64,000 nucleotides of DNA from Acidimicrobiales bacterium (GTDB lineage: Bacteria > Actinomycetota > Acidimicrobiia > Acidimicrobiales > RAAP-2). Made by a program: the position numbers and the translations under genes. Numbering within the stretch: position 1 is the stretch's first letter; every line of letters starts with the position of its first letter. The DNA is taken from assembly GCA_035534455.1 (NCBI GenBank), contig DATLRV010000022.1, positions 12,950-76,949 of the forward strand. Direction: 5' to 3'. Under the pieces are notes generated by a model, which was given only the letters and a program-made list of their open reading frames with translations, had not been told where the DNA came from and made no database searches. Of this stretch, positions 37,850-47,598 are shown piece after piece.

Positions 37850-38305
37850 TCAGCCCCCGCCGGGCGCCCCGGCCGGGACTGTCCCCGGTGTCGGTCCGCC
37901 GGGAACCGGGGACTGAGCTGTGGGATGGTTCGCCGCGGCGCACTGCGCTCGCAACGCCGAAACCAGATTCTTCTCGGAGGTTCGCCCGATCTCTTGGAGA
38001 GTGGTCATCAGGGGATTGAAGGCGGGGTTCGCCGACGTCGCCCGTGCGGCGAGCTGCAGCGCCTGGTCGAGCTGGGCCGTCGCTTGGTCGACCTTCTCGC
38101 GGGCGCGTGCCGCGCTGGTCGCGTGCTCGCTCTGGGTGTACAGGCGGATGGAGGCATCGACGTGGACGCAGGCAGCCTGCGCCAGCGAGCTGCCGCCGTT
38201 CGAGCAGCCGCTCAGCAGCAGGGCGGCAGCGGCGCAGGCCGCGGCAGGCACGAGAGCGGTCCGCGGACGACGACGGTCCGACGGCGCGCGCCCGACCGTG
38301 GTCAT
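37850..38305 (-). CDS. Lipoprotein (151 aa)
   Basis: Lipobox LLLSGC after a basic N-terminus. The ATG overlaps the upstream stop (ATGA at 38302-38305). Confidence 0.6.
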   Translation of the reverse strand: MTTVGRAPSDRRRPRTALVPAAACAAAALLLSGCSNGGSSLAQAACVHVDASIRLYTQSEHATSAARAREKVDQATAQLDQALQLAARATSANPAFNPLMTTLQEIGRTSEKNLVSALRAQCAAANHPTAQSPVPGGPTPGTVPAGAPGGG

Positions 38306-38859
38306 CCCAACCAGGTCTCGGCGGCCTCGAGGAGGAAGCGGCTGACGGCGAGGCAGCGGTCGAAGACGTCGCAGAGCAGCTCCTCGCCGGCGAGGACGCG
38401 CGCAAGGGAGACAGGGTGCCGCGCGACGATGTTCAACCGGCGCTCCGGGCCGTCGGTGGCCGAGGCGAACGAGTCGATCGCCGACACTTCGAGGGGCAGC
38501 TCGATCCCACCGATGCCGGCCAGGTCGATCGCCAGGCGAAGGAGGTCCGGGCCGTGCGGCAGGGGTGGGAGCGCCCAGGTGAAGGTGAGGGGGAAGTGGA
38601 AATCGTCCGGCGGCTCCTCCTCGTCGGAGAGCTCCATCACCACATCCTCGAAGGACAGCAGCACGCGGGGGTCGACCTCGAGGGCGAGGTGCAGATCGAG
38701 TGGTCCGCCGCACCCTTCTTCTGGGTGGAGATCGACCTCCCAGACCTGCCGCAAGGAGTACGTCTCGACGAAGTGGCGCTCGTCGTGGACGTGGAACCCG
38801 TGGTCGACGGAATGGTCCTTCAGGTCGGCGACGTAGCCGGCGACGTCGATGGCAGCCAC
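38302..38859 (-). CDS. Acidic cytoplasmic hypothetical protein (185 aa)
   Basis: High GC3 and non-repetitive sequence. No domain recognised. Translationally coupled to the lipoprotein gene. Confidence 0.6.
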   Translation of the reverse strand: MAAIDVAGYVADLKDHSVDHGFHVHDERHFVETYSLRQVWEVDLHPEEGCGGPLDLHLALEVDPRVLLSFEDVVMELSDEEEPPDDFHFPLTFTWALPPLPHGPDLLRLAIDLAGIGGIELPLEVSAIDSFASATDGPERRLNIVARHPVSLARVLAGEELLCDVFDRCLAVSRFLLEAAETWLG

Positions 38860-38930
38860 AGTGGTACGAGACTAGGGGGTACCCGCAGGGGCTGTGGTGC
38901 GACGCAGAACCAGCGCCGCGGCCCGACCTT

Positions 38931-38970
38931 CCTGCGAGAGGGGGATCTGCCCTGCAAGAGAGGGATCTGC
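38931..38970. promoter_or_regulatory. 20-bp tandem duplication CCTGC(G/A)AGAG(G/A)GGGATCTGC in divergent promoter region
   Basis: Copies at 38931-38950 and 38951-38970 (2 mismatches), between the acidic-protein start (38859) and the IMPase start (39005). Confidence 0.3.
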
Positions 38971-39004
38971 CGCGAGCGGGTGGTCGCCGGTAGTCTCGCC
39001 ACCG

Positions 39005-39760
39005 GTGAGCGCCCCGCCACGCGACCCCGAGGATCTACTCGGGGTGCTCGACGAGGCGGCGCAGGCGGCGCGCGTCGCCCTGGAGGGGACCAACCCGGGC
39101 GACCGGCGCCGGCGCGGGGAGCGCCTCGGTCAATACGCCTTCGACGTCGTGACGGACGACGCCGTGTGTGCGGTCCTTCACCGTGAGGGTCTCGGCGTCC
39201 TTTCCGAGGAGTCGGGGAGGAGCGGACCGGATTCGGGACTGCTCGCGGTCGTCGATCCGGTCGACGGCTCCACCAACGCCTCCATCGGGCTCTCCTGGTA
39301 CGCCACGAGCCTGTGCATCCTGGACGCCACGGGTCCGTGGGTCGCACTCGTCGCGAATCTGGTGTCGGGCGTCCGCTATCACGCGATCCGGGAACGGGGA
39401 GCCTTCCGTGACGGAGGTGCGATCCACCCGTCGACGACCTCCGAGCTCTCCCGTGCTGTCGTCGGCATCTCGGGTTTTCCCCGCAGGTCTCCGGGTTGGT
39501 CCCAGTTCCGGGCGCTCGGGGCCGCCTCGCTCGACATGTGCGCCGTCGCCGAAGGCACCCTCGACGGATATCTGGTCGCAGGGCATTCGGCGCTTTCGGT
39601 GTGGGACTACGTGGCGGCCATGCTGGTCTGCACCGAGGCCGGGGCGGTCGTTGCCGAGTGCGACGGGCTCGACCTCGCCGTGCGAGACCGCTCCCCGCGC
39701 CGGCCCGTCGCAGCGGCCACCCCCGCGCTGGCCGCGGAGCTGGTGGGGGCTGACCTCTGA
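39005..39760 (+). CDS. Inositol monophosphatase family protein
   Basis: LSEESG, VVDPVDGSTNA and WDYVAAMLV motifs. GTG 39005 chosen within a longer ORF. Confidence 0.8.
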   Translation: MSAPPRDPEDLLGVLDEAAQAARVALEGTNPGDRRRRGERLGQYAFDVVTDDAVCAVLHREGLGVLSEESGRSGPDSGLLAVVDPVDGSTNASIGLSWYATSLCILDATGPWVALVANLVSGVRYHAIRERGAFRDGGAIHPSTTSELSRAVVGISGFPRRSPGWSQFRALGAASLDMCAVAEGTLDGYLVAGHSALSVWDYVAAMLVCTEAGAVVAECDGLDLAVRDRSPRRPVAAATPALAAELVGADL

Positions 39761-39771
39761 TCGCCGAGGTG

Positions 39772-39800
39772 TTGCACGTCTCGCGCGAACGGCGCACAAT
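39772..39800 (+). promoter_or_regulatory. Candidate sigma-70-type promoter for tRNA-Val (TTGCAC -17 nt- CACAAT)
   Basis: -35-like hexamer at 39772-39777 and -10-like hexamer at 39795-39800, about 55 nt upstream of the tRNA. Pattern match only. Confidence 0.3.
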
Positions 39801-39854
39801 TGACCGTCCCCTCGTGTGGCGGTGCTGCGGGTGCTGCTCGTCCGGAGACGATCG

Positions 39855-39927
39855 GGGCGTTTAGCTCAGTCGGTAGAGCAGCTCGCTTACAACGAGCAGG
39901 TCGTCGGTTCGATCCCGGCAGCGCCCA
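39855..39927 (+). tRNA. tRNA-Val (anticodon UAC)
   Basis: Manual cloverleaf, 73 nt. Acceptor GGGCGTT/AGCGCCC; D arm GCTC-AGTCGGTA-GAGC; anticodon stem GCTCG/CGAGC with loop CTTACAA; T arm GTCGG-TTCGATC-CCGGC; discriminator A. CCA is not encoded. Confidence 0.9.
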
Positions 39928-40177
39928 CCCCTTTTGTCACGGCGCGAGACGCCGACCCGGGAGCGGTTTGTCGGGGGTCCTCGTCGCTACGGTCGGCGGG
40001 GAGGCCGTCTCGGATGAGGTAGGTGGGCTGAACGACGCCGAGCTCGACCACGACGAGGCGGCGGCGACCAACTCGGCCATGTCCGCCGAGGTCGGCCTCG
40101 ACGGTCCTCTGAGCGCGGACACGACCGACCCGCACCCGCCCTCGTCGTGCGGTGCGGGCCGGTCGACGGTGCGACGT

Positions 40178-41137
40178 TCAGGACCCGTTGCTCGGGTCGG
40201 GATCGAGGGCACGATTCTCCGTGAAGCCTGACGGGATGACCGGGTGGAGTTTTGCCAGGTTCGCAGACGTCGCGGGGAGGAACTGGTAGTCGTCCTGGAC
40301 CGTCTGCATGCCGCCGGGGGCGCCCTGTCCGGTGCCCGGGTTGGGAGCCGTGACCACCGTGCGGACCGGTAGGTGGCTCGAGGCGTCCACCCAGATGTCA
40401 CCCGAGGAGCCCGGTCCGTCGAAGCCGGAGATGGCGAGCTCGACCGTCTGGACGCCGTCGACGGTGGCGTTGCCGACCACTCGCGCGTTGCCAGCGGCGA
40501 TCTCCTGCTGGATGTCCGCGGCGGTCAGGGGCAGGTTGAAGCTCACCTGCGCGGACTTCTGGTCCACCCACTGCCGGTCGTGGTAGTCGACGTCGACCGC
40601 CTCGCCCGCCGTCGTGACGGACGTGCCCCAGGGGAACTCGTCGAAGACGGTCGCGCCGGCCGGCATCGTGCCGGTCTGCCCGAAGTCCTGGACCAGGCCG
40701 GAATCCGTACAGCCGCTAAGGCCCGTGCAGTCTTGGAAGAACTCGATACGCTCGCTAACCGTCTGTCCGGGGCTCGGGTCCCACGGGCTCACCCACTCAT
40801 GGAGGGTAAGCGTGACCCCCGGCGTCGACTGCACCTCCTGGTCGTAGAGCACATCGGTGCTCGACGTCTGCAGCGCGTCGACCAGCTGCGCCGTGATCTT
40901 GGTCGCGGACGGAACGGCGGTGGAGCCGCCTGGACCCCGTGACGCGAGGGAGCCCGCGACGACGCCGGCACCGACGGCGATGGCCGCGCAGCCGCCGACG
41001 AGCGCCACCCGCTTGTGCGTGACGTGTGGCGGCCGGGCGCGAGCCACGCCGGGTGCGAGGCGCCGTTGGGCGGCGAAGAGCTCCTCCAGCAGCTCTGACT
41101 CGAAGGGGTGGAGCGGATCGTCGATGGAATTTCTCAT
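40178..41137 (-). CDS. Single-pass membrane protein downstream of ECF sigma (putative anti-sigma / envelope sensor)
   Basis: Short cytoplasmic N-terminus, TM VALVGGCAAIAVGAGVVAGSL and a ~250-aa extracytoplasmic domain. The start overlaps the sigma stop (ATGA at 41134-41137). No zinc anti-sigma motif seen. Confidence 0.55.
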   Translation of the reverse strand: MRNSIDDPLHPFESELLEELFAAQRRLAPGVARARPPHVTHKRVALVGGCAAIAVGAGVVAGSLASRGPGGSTAVPSATKITAQLVDALQTSSTDVLYDQEVQSTPGVTLTLHEWVSPWDPSPGQTVSERIEFFQDCTGLSGCTDSGLVQDFGQTGTMPAGATVFDEFPWGTSVTTAGEAVDVDYHDRQWVDQKSAQVSFNLPLTAADIQQEIAAGNARVVGNATVDGVQTVELAISGFDGPGSSGDIWVDASSHLPVRTVVTAPNPGTGQGAPGGMQTVQDDYQFLPATSANLAKLHPVIPSGFTENRALDPDPSNGS

Positions 41138-41739
41138 GGGATCACCTCGGTGGTTGGTAAGGGTCGGAGCGACGAGCGTTCGGCGGTGCCGCCATCGAGC
41201 TGGCGCTGTAAGGCGCGTCGTGCGCGATGCAGCCGGACGCGGAAGACCGATGGGCGTACGCCGGCGACGAAGGCCGCCTGCTCGTTGGTGAGACCCTCGT
41301 GGCCGATCAGGAAGAGCACCTCCCGGTGGCGCTCCGGCAGCTGCGCCATCGCCTCCTCCAGGGCTGCTCGCTCGCGGGAGGCGTCGATCTGCTCTTCGAT
41401 GCGCGCCATGTCGTCGGCGTCGAGGTGCCGCTGGCCGGCCTGGCGGCGAGCCAGCTCGCGAATGCGGCTCTCACGGCGAAGCGTCCGCACCCACTGGCGA
41501 TGGGCGACACCGAGGATCCACGCCGGCGCGCTGCCGCGTCGGGGGTCGAAGCCACCGCCGCTCTCCAGGAGCGCCAGGAAGGTGGCGGCGACGAGGTCGA
41601 CGACGTCGGCGGGTTCGCTGCAGCGACGGGCTGCGTAGCGAAGCACCAAGTGGCGGTAGCGGCGGAAGATCAGCTCCAGGGCCGCGGGGTCCGTTCGGAG
41701 CCGCGCCAGCAGCTCAGCGTCGGTCGGCTCGTCGGTCAC
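41134..41739 (-). CDS. ECF-type RNA polymerase sigma factor
   Basis: Region 2 (FRRYRHLVLRYAARR...DLVAATFLAL) and region 4 (LPERHREVLFLIGHEGLTNEQAAFVAGVRPSVFRVRLHRARRAL). Confidence 0.85.
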   Translation of the reverse strand: MTDEPTDAELLARLRTDPAALELIFRRYRHLVLRYAARRCSEPADVVDLVAATFLALLESGGGFDPRRGSAPAWILGVAHRQWVRTLRRESRIRELARRQAGQRHLDADDMARIEEQIDASRERAALEEAMAQLPERHREVLFLIGHEGLTNEQAAFVAGVRPSVFRVRLHRARRALQRQLDGGTAERSSLRPLPTTEVIP

Positions 41740-41744
41740 GTCTT

Positions 41745-41750
41745 ATATTG
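41745..41750 (-). promoter_or_regulatory. Candidate -10 element (CAATAT) 5 nt upstream of the sigma GTG, compatible with a leaderless transcript
   Basis: An AT-rich patch CCAATATAAGAC lies immediately 5' of the start codon. The TANNNT-type spacing is typical of actinobacterial leaderless genes. Pattern only. Confidence 0.25.
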
Positions 41751-42060
41751 GTGAGCCGGCGCCCTGGCGTTACAGCCGACGCGGCCCAGTTACTCAGCGC
41801 CCCGCGCCGGATCCCGAGGAGCCCGCAAGCCGCCCGGGGCCGGAACGACCGGCCCGGGGTCATCTGGAAGCCGAGGTAGGTGGCCATGTGTACGGCCTCT
41901 TCGGCTCCGAGCCCCCGTGGCCCTTCCTGCAGCAGGACGTCGATGAGGTGGCTGGCTTCCCAGAGACCGAACGCGTGCGGCGGTGCCAAGATCTACCATC
42001 ACCAGGGCCGAATCACGCCTATGTGGTCAGCTCACACCTATGTTTCGGCCGGGCCGCGGC

Positions 42061-43044
42061 ATGGCCACACGACAGCGGAAGGAGCAGACGTTGGGATCCA
42101 TCACAGAGGACCTGGCTACTTGGAAATGGGGCCAAGGTCGGTTCGAAGAGATCTTCGGTCTGCGCTCACCCGGTCCGTTCGTGGAGAACTGGCCGAAGGA
42201 TACGCGTATCGCCATCCTCCTCACCTTTGACACCCAAGGTGACGTGGACGCAGCAGCCACGTGGGCCAGCCACACCAACGCGTTCTGGCCGAACGGAGCG
42301 ATCAACTACTGCGACCTCACCATGCGCCAGTACGACATCCACGAAGGTGTCAGCAGAGTGAGTCGCATTCTCAGGAAGCACGACGTCCGGGCGACGTTTC
42401 TGTATTGCGGGTTGACCGCTGAGTGGTATCCGGACGTCATCAAGGCCATGATGGACGAGGGTCACGAGATCGGCGTCCATGGCTACCGGCACATCGGCCT
42501 CTGCTATCTCACCGAGGACCAAGAGCGCGAGGAGGTGGAGCGGGCCACCGACGCGGTGAGCGCCGTCGTGGGCTACCGCCCGAAAGGTTGGCGAACTCCT
42601 CGGTACACGACCAGCGAGCGCACGCTGGACCTGCTTCGCGACGCCGGGTACCAATGGCAGAGCGACTTCCACGATTGCGACTTCCCCTACCTTCTCACGA
42701 AGGACGATCGGCCAATCGTGGCGATCCCCGCGGGCAACGACGATTGGGGGATGTACCTCATGCTCGGCTCGGGTGCCCCGCCGCAGATGGGTGGTACCCC
42801 CTACGGGACGACCGAGGGGATCTTCAGCTCAGTCAAGGCAGAGTTCGACGTCCTGTACGAAGAGTCAGCCGAGGAGCCCCGAGTCCTTCAATGGTGCATG
42901 CACCCCAAGATCTCGGGCCGTCCCTTCCGCGCCGCCGTGCTCGACAGGCTGATTGCCTACATCAAGGACCACGACGGAGTCTGGTTCGCCACGTGCGGGG
43001 AGATCGCCTCGCTCGGCCTGCCGAGTGCCGTGGGCGCCCGCTGA
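42061..43044 (+). CDS. Polysaccharide deacetylase (NodB/PuuE-like) family protein
   Basis: ILLTFDTQGD (NodB motif-1 position) and HEIGVHGYRH (His motif). 327 aa. Visibly lower GC than the flanks. Confidence 0.75.
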   Translation: MATRQRKEQTLGSITEDLATWKWGQGRFEEIFGLRSPGPFVENWPKDTRIAILLTFDTQGDVDAAATWASHTNAFWPNGAINYCDLTMRQYDIHEGVSRVSRILRKHDVRATFLYCGLTAEWYPDVIKAMMDEGHEIGVHGYRHIGLCYLTEDQEREEVERATDAVSAVVGYRPKGWRTPRYTTSERTLDLLRDAGYQWQSDFHDCDFPYLLTKDDRPIVAIPAGNDDWGMYLMLGSGAPPQMGGTPYGTTEGIFSSVKAEFDVLYEESAEEPRVLQWCMHPKISGRPFRAAVLDRLIAYIKDHDGVWFATCGEIASLGLPSAVGAR

Positions 43045-43206
43045 TCGGCCTGCCGGGTAGCCCGACGCCCACACTCGGAGCGCTGTCGCTTCAACACTCG
43101 GCCCACCTGCTGCTTCTTCAACCCGCCGGGTCCCTCAAGCGTCCCTCGAGCTGCGCGGAAGCGGACTGCATGGGCGAGCGCGGCATACGATTGCCACTCC
43201 CTGACC

Positions 43207-45399
43207 GTGGGAGGTGCGGTGAACGATCTGGTGGACATCGGAGGTGGCTACGGGCTCGAGCCAGTCCTGCATCGCTTCTTGGTCGAAGAGGCGCTGCCCG
43301 GGACTGGCGTCGACGAGGGCGAGTTCTGGCACGGCTTCGCTCGTCTCATGGACGAGTTCGGCTCGCGCAACGCCGTCCTCCTTGCCGACCGGAGCCGGCT
43401 GCAGTCGGCACTCGACGCGTGGCACGAGGAGCATGCATGGGAACCGGGTCCGTATCGCGAGTTCCTCGAGGAGATCGGGTACGTGGTTCCGGCGGGCGAG
43501 CCCTTCGTCATCACCACGTCGGGGGTCGATCCTGAGATTGCCGAGGTGAGCGGCCCCCAGCTCGTCGTCCCCGTCTTGAACGCCCGGTACGCGCTGAACG
43601 CCGCCAACGCCCGCTGGGGCTCCCTGTACGACGCCCTCTACGGCACCGACGCGCTGGGTTCGCGCCCCCCCGACGGGCCCTATGACCCCGAGCGCGGGGC
43701 GGCGGTAATTGCCTGGTGCCGATCCTTCCTCGACGAAGCGGTACCTCTGGAGCTGGGGTCCCACGCGGAGGTGACCCGGTATCGCGCGGCGGAGGGCAAG
43801 CTCGTGGCCGAAAGGCCCGACGACGAGGTCGGATTGGCCGATCCGTCGGTCTTCGTCGGCTACCGCGGGCCCGCCGAGTCCCCGACCTCCCTGCTCCTCC
43901 GCCACCACGGCCTCCACATCGAGCTCGTGATCGACGATCAGCATCCCGTCGGGCGGGAGGACCGAGCCGGAGTCGCTGATGTCGTCCTCGAGTCCGCGCT
44001 CACGACGATCATGGACTGCGAGGACTCCGTGGCCGCCGTCGACGCGGCGGACAAGGTCGCCATCTACCGGAATTGGCTCGCGCTCATGAAGGGAGACCTG
44101 ACCGCTGACGTCGACAAGGGCCAAGGTTCGTTCGTCCGGCGCCTCAACGACGATCGGTCGTTCACGGGGGTGGACGGCGCCGATCACGTCCTGCCGTCCC
44201 GGGCGCTCATGTTGGTCCGCAACGTCGGGATCCACATGATGACCGACGCGGTCGTCGACGCCAGCGGAGGCCCGGTTCCCGAAGGGATCTTGGACGCGGT
44301 CGTCACGGTCCTGTGCGCTCTGCACGACCTGCGTCGCGGCTCGGGGCAGCACAACTCCCGCTACGGCTCCGTCTACGTGGTGAAACCCAAGCTCCACGGG
44401 CCGGCCGAGGTCGAATTCGTGGACGCCTTGTTCGGCGGCGTCGAGTCCGTCCTGGGCCTGCCGCCCGCCACGGTGAAGATCGGGCTCATGGACGAGGAGC
44501 GCAGGACGACGGTCAACCTCGCCGAATGCATCCGCGCCGCCAGTGCCCGGATCGCGTTCATCAACACCGGGTTCCTCGACCGCACGGGCGACGAGATCCA
44601 CACCTCCATGCGGGCCGGCCCGGTGATGCGCAAGGCGGCCATGCGCGGCGCGCGCTGGTACACGGCGTACGAGGACCAGAACGTCGACGTCGGTTTGGCC
44701 TGTGGCCTGCGTGGCCGGGCTCAGATCGGAAAGGGCATGTGGACGGCAGCGGACCTCATGGCCGACATGCTGAAAGTGAAGATCGCGCATCCCATGGCCG
44801 GTGCCAACACCGCCTGGGTGCCGTCGCCGACCGCTGCCACCCTCCACGCGGTGCACTACCACCGCGTGGACGTGTCCGAGCGTCAGGCGCAGCTCGCCGG
44901 CGGGTCCCGCGCCACCATCGACGACTTGCTCGTCCGACCACTCGAACCGGCCCCGTCGTGGAGCGAGGACGAGATCCGACAGGAGCTCGAGAACAACGCC
45001 CAGGGAATACTCGGCTACGCCGTGCGCTGGATCGACCAGGGTGTCGGGTGCTCGAAGGTCCCCGACATCCACGACATCGCCCAGATGGAAGACAGGGCGA
45101 CGTGCCGGATCTCCTCGCAGCACATCGCCAACTGGCTGCATCACGGTGTGGTGACCCACGACACCGTGCTCGCCACCCTGCGGAGGATGGCCGAGGTCGT
45201 CGATCGCCAGAACGCGGGTGACCCCGCCTACCGGCCGATGGCGCCGGGCTACGACGAGCCGGCCTTTCTCGGGGCGTGCGACCTCGTGTTCACCGGTGTC
45301 GAGCAGCCCAACGGGTACACCGAGCCGGTCTTGCACGCCCGGCGGCGCCAACGGAAGACTCTGGACGCAGGACGCGATGGGAGCGTGGTGGCCAGATGA
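43207..45399 (+). CDS. glcB: Malate synthase G
   Basis: 730 aa, full-length MSG-like ([18 protein letters not shown]...FW; [13 protein letters not shown]; [14 protein letters not shown]; [22 protein letters not shown]). Confidence 0.92.
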   Translation: MGGAVNDLVDIGGGYGLEPVLHRFLVEEALPGTGVDEGEFWHGFARLMDEFGSRNAVLLADRSRLQSALDAWHEEHAWEPGPYREFLEEIGYVVPAGEPFVITTSGVDPEIAEVSGPQLVVPVLNARYALNAANARWGSLYDALYGTDALGSRPPDGPYDPERGAAVIAWCRSFLDEAVPLELGSHAEVTRYRAAEGKLVAERPDDEVGLADPSVFVGYRGPAESPTSLLLRHHGLHIELVIDDQHPVGREDRAGVADVVLESALTTIMDCEDSVAAVDAADKVAIYRNWLALMKGDLTADVDKGQGSFVRRLNDDRSFTGVDGADHVLPSRALMLVRNVGIHMMTDAVVDASGGPVPEGILDAVVTVLCALHDLRRGSGQHNSRYGSVYVVKPKLHGPAEVEFVDALFGGVESVLGLPPATVKIGLMDEERRTTVNLAECIRAASARIAFINTGFLDRTGDEIHTSMRAGPVMRKAAMRGARWYTAYEDQNVDVGLACGLRGRAQIGKGMWTAADLMADMLKVKIAHPMAGANTAWVPSPTAATLHAVHYHRVDVSERQAQLAGGSRATIDDLLVRPLEPAPSWSEDEIRQELENNAQGILGYAVRWIDQGVGCSKVPDIHDIAQMEDRATCRISSQHIANWLHHGVVTHDTVLATLRRMAEVVDRQNAGDPAYRPMAPGYDEPAFLGACDLVFTGVEQPNGYTEPVLHARRRQRKTLDAGRDGSVVAR

Positions 45400-45827
45400 G
45401 CACGATCACGTTGGAGCAGGCACGCCAGATTGTCGACGGCGCGCTGCAGGCTGGCCGAGAGCGTGGCCTTGCGCCTCTTTCGGTGGTGGTCCTGGATGCC
45501 GGGGGCCACGTGAAGATGTTCGAGCGCGAGGACGGCGCGTCGAATCTCCGTTTCGAGGTGGCCCACGGCAAGGCGTACGGCGCGCTCGGCCTCGGCATGG
45601 GGTCGCGGGCGATCATGCGCCGCGCGGAGCAACAGCCCACCTTCGTCGCGTCGGTGACCGCGGCCTTCGGCGGTTCCCTCGTGCCGGTACCCGGTGGCGT
45701 CCTCGTCAGGGACCCGTCGGGCGAGGTCATCGGCGCCGTCGGGGTCACGGGCGATTCCTCGGACAACGACGAGGCGGCCGCGGTGGCGGGCATCGAGACG
45801 GCGGGTTGCGTCGCGGACACCGGCTGA
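45396..45827 (+). CDS. GlcG/HbpS-like heme-binding protein (DUF336 family)
   Basis: 143 aa. VVVLDAGGH...AHGKAYGA...[25 protein letters not shown] motif. The ATG overlaps the glcB stop (ATGA at 45396-45399). Confidence 0.8.
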   Translation: MSTITLEQARQIVDGALQAGRERGLAPLSVVVLDAGGHVKMFEREDGASNLRFEVAHGKAYGALGLGMGSRAIMRRAEQQPTFVASVTAAFGGSLVPVPGGVLVRDPSGEVIGAVGVTGDSSDNDEAAAVAGIETAGCVADTG

Positions 45828-46080
45828 GACGACGGGCGGGAAGGCGTACGACCTCTCGTGCCGTGGATTCGGCCGTGACACGCGAACCTCACCACCGACG
45901 CCGGCAGCCGTGGGCAGATCATCGCGTCGCCCCTCGGCCCCCACATCGCCGGGTTCGTGGTCGTCGGTGGGACCGCTCGGGCTCCACGCCCCGGCTCCGG
46001 CCGGTAGCTTGAACTCGTGCGCCGCTGCCCGACCCCCTTGCATGGTGCGGCGGCCGGGATACGGCGGAGCCTGGAGCCGC

Positions 46081-46117
46081 CCTCCTCTCCGGCGGCTCGT
46101 CGACGCCGGAGGGGAGG
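46081..46117 (+). terminator. Candidate stem-loop (14-nt arms, 1 mismatch, 9-nt loop), no U-tract
   Basis: CCTCCTCTCCGGCG-gctcgtcga-CGCCGGAGGGGAGG, lying between the glcG-like stop and the desaturase start. Could be a terminator or a regulatory hairpin. Confidence 0.3.
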
Positions 46118-46259
46118 CACGGCAGATGGCGCTACCCATTCTCCGGTCCGTCGGCCTGAACGGGCGCTCCCCCCCGCCGGCCCCTGGTGCAATCCGTCGA
46201 GCGCGATGGGTATCGCCCACACCACACACGGCACCATCTAGGCGACGAGGCTCCGCCGG

Positions 46260-47381
46260 ATGTACCCCACCCCACTCGAGGAACGTCCTTTGGAACGAGA
46301 CGACCCCGATGCCGCGACCCCGACCGTCTCGACCGCAGACTTCCGAGAGCTCGCCCTGCAGGTTCGTGCGGCCGGCCTGCTCGATCGTCGACGTGCCTAC
46401 TACGTCGCCAAGATCTGCCTGACCATCGCGGCGTTGGCAGGTGGGTGGGCCGCGTTCGTGACCGTCGGTGATTCGTGGCTGGTCCTCGGCGTCGCCGTGC
46501 TCCTCGGTGCAGTGTTCGCCCAGTTGGGCTTTCTCGGTCACGATGCTGGACACCAGCAGATCTTCGCCTCGCGACGCGCGAACAGACTGGTCGGGCTCCT
46601 GGTCGGGAACGTGCTCATCGGATTGAGCTTCGGGTGGTGGGTCCCCAAGCACAACGCGCACCACTCACACCCGAACGAGATGGAACGTGATCCCGACGTC
46701 GGGTCCGACTTCTTCGGGATCTTCGGAGATCCCGCTGCCAAGGAGCGCACAGGTCTCGGCCGCCTGTTCGTGCGGTGGCGGGCGCCGCTCTTCTTTCCAC
46801 TCATGCTCCTGCGAAGCCTGGGTCTGCACGTAGGCGGTGCCCGCCAACTCTTCTCTCGACATGACCGAGGGGCGATCGGGGAAGGACTGTTGATCCTGGC
46901 CCATGCGGCGACGTTCCTCACGCTGGTGGCGGTGGTGCTCAGCCCTCTCAAAGCGCTTGCATTCGTCGCCGTGCAACAGGCGGTGTTCTCGCTCTACATT
47001 GGGTTGAGCTTCGCGCCCAATCACAAGGGGATGCCGCTCGTTCCGGCGGGCTCGAAGCTGGACTTCGCCCACCGCCAGGTCGTCACGTCTCGTAACGTCG
47101 CCGGAGGTGCGGTGCTCACCTTCGTGTTGGGCGGCCTCGACTATCAGATCGAGCACCATCTCTTTCCGTCGATGCCGCGGCCCAATCTCCGGCATGCGCA
47201 GCGGCTCGTCAAAGCGTTCTGCTGCACCAACCGCCTCACGTACTGCGAGGTGAGCTTCTTCAATTCCTTCCGGCTGATCGTCCGGCACCTGCGAGCTTCG
47301 TCAGGTGATGAGCGAACCGTTCGGAACAACCTCGCGGTGCCGGGGGAGCTGCAGTCCACGCTGCAATCCAATAGGCCCTGA
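46260..47381 (+). CDS. Membrane fatty-acid (acyl-CoA/lipid) desaturase, DesA3-like
   Basis: Three His boxes (HDAGHQ, HNAHHSHPN, QIEHHLFP) plus TM segments. Confidence 0.85.
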   Translation: MYPTPLEERPLERDDPDAATPTVSTADFRELALQVRAAGLLDRRRAYYVAKICLTIAALAGGWAAFVTVGDSWLVLGVAVLLGAVFAQLGFLGHDAGHQQIFASRRANRLVGLLVGNVLIGLSFGWWVPKHNAHHSHPNEMERDPDVGSDFFGIFGDPAAKERTGLGRLFVRWRAPLFFPLMLLRSLGLHVGGARQLFSRHDRGAIGEGLLILAHAATFLTLVAVVLSPLKALAFVAVQQAVFSLYIGLSFAPNHKGMPLVPAGSKLDFAHRQVVTSRNVAGGAVLTFVLGGLDYQIEHHLFPSMPRPNLRHAQRLVKAFCCTNRLTYCEVSFFNSFRLIVRHLRASSGDERTVRNNLAVPGELQSTLQSNRP

Positions 47382-47598
47382 GCGGACGCGCCGCTCGCGG
47401 GCGCTGCCCGTGCCCGTCGAACCGGGCTCATCGGGTTCGCGACGGTCGTGAGATCGTCGCCCGGTCGGATCCGCACGCCACTTGGGGCGAGTGGCTCGTG
47501 GAGCGTCCGCAGCCCACGATGCTCGCATACGCCGCGCGCGCGTGCGTTCCGGGTCATCGGGCTAGATGTTGGCGCGCTTCTGGAGGCAAGCTGAAGGG

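Noticed and set aside
41800-41989. Minus-strand stretch with good GC3 (…HAFGLWEASHLIDVLLQEGPRGLGAEEAVHMATYLGFQM…) upstream of the ECF sigma gene.
   Set aside because: No domain is recognised and the 3' part loses coding character and would overlap the sigma start. It is possibly a gene fragment, but not reportable as a CDS.
43135-45351. 738-aa minus-strand ORF.
   Set aside because: It is antisense to full-length malate synthase G.
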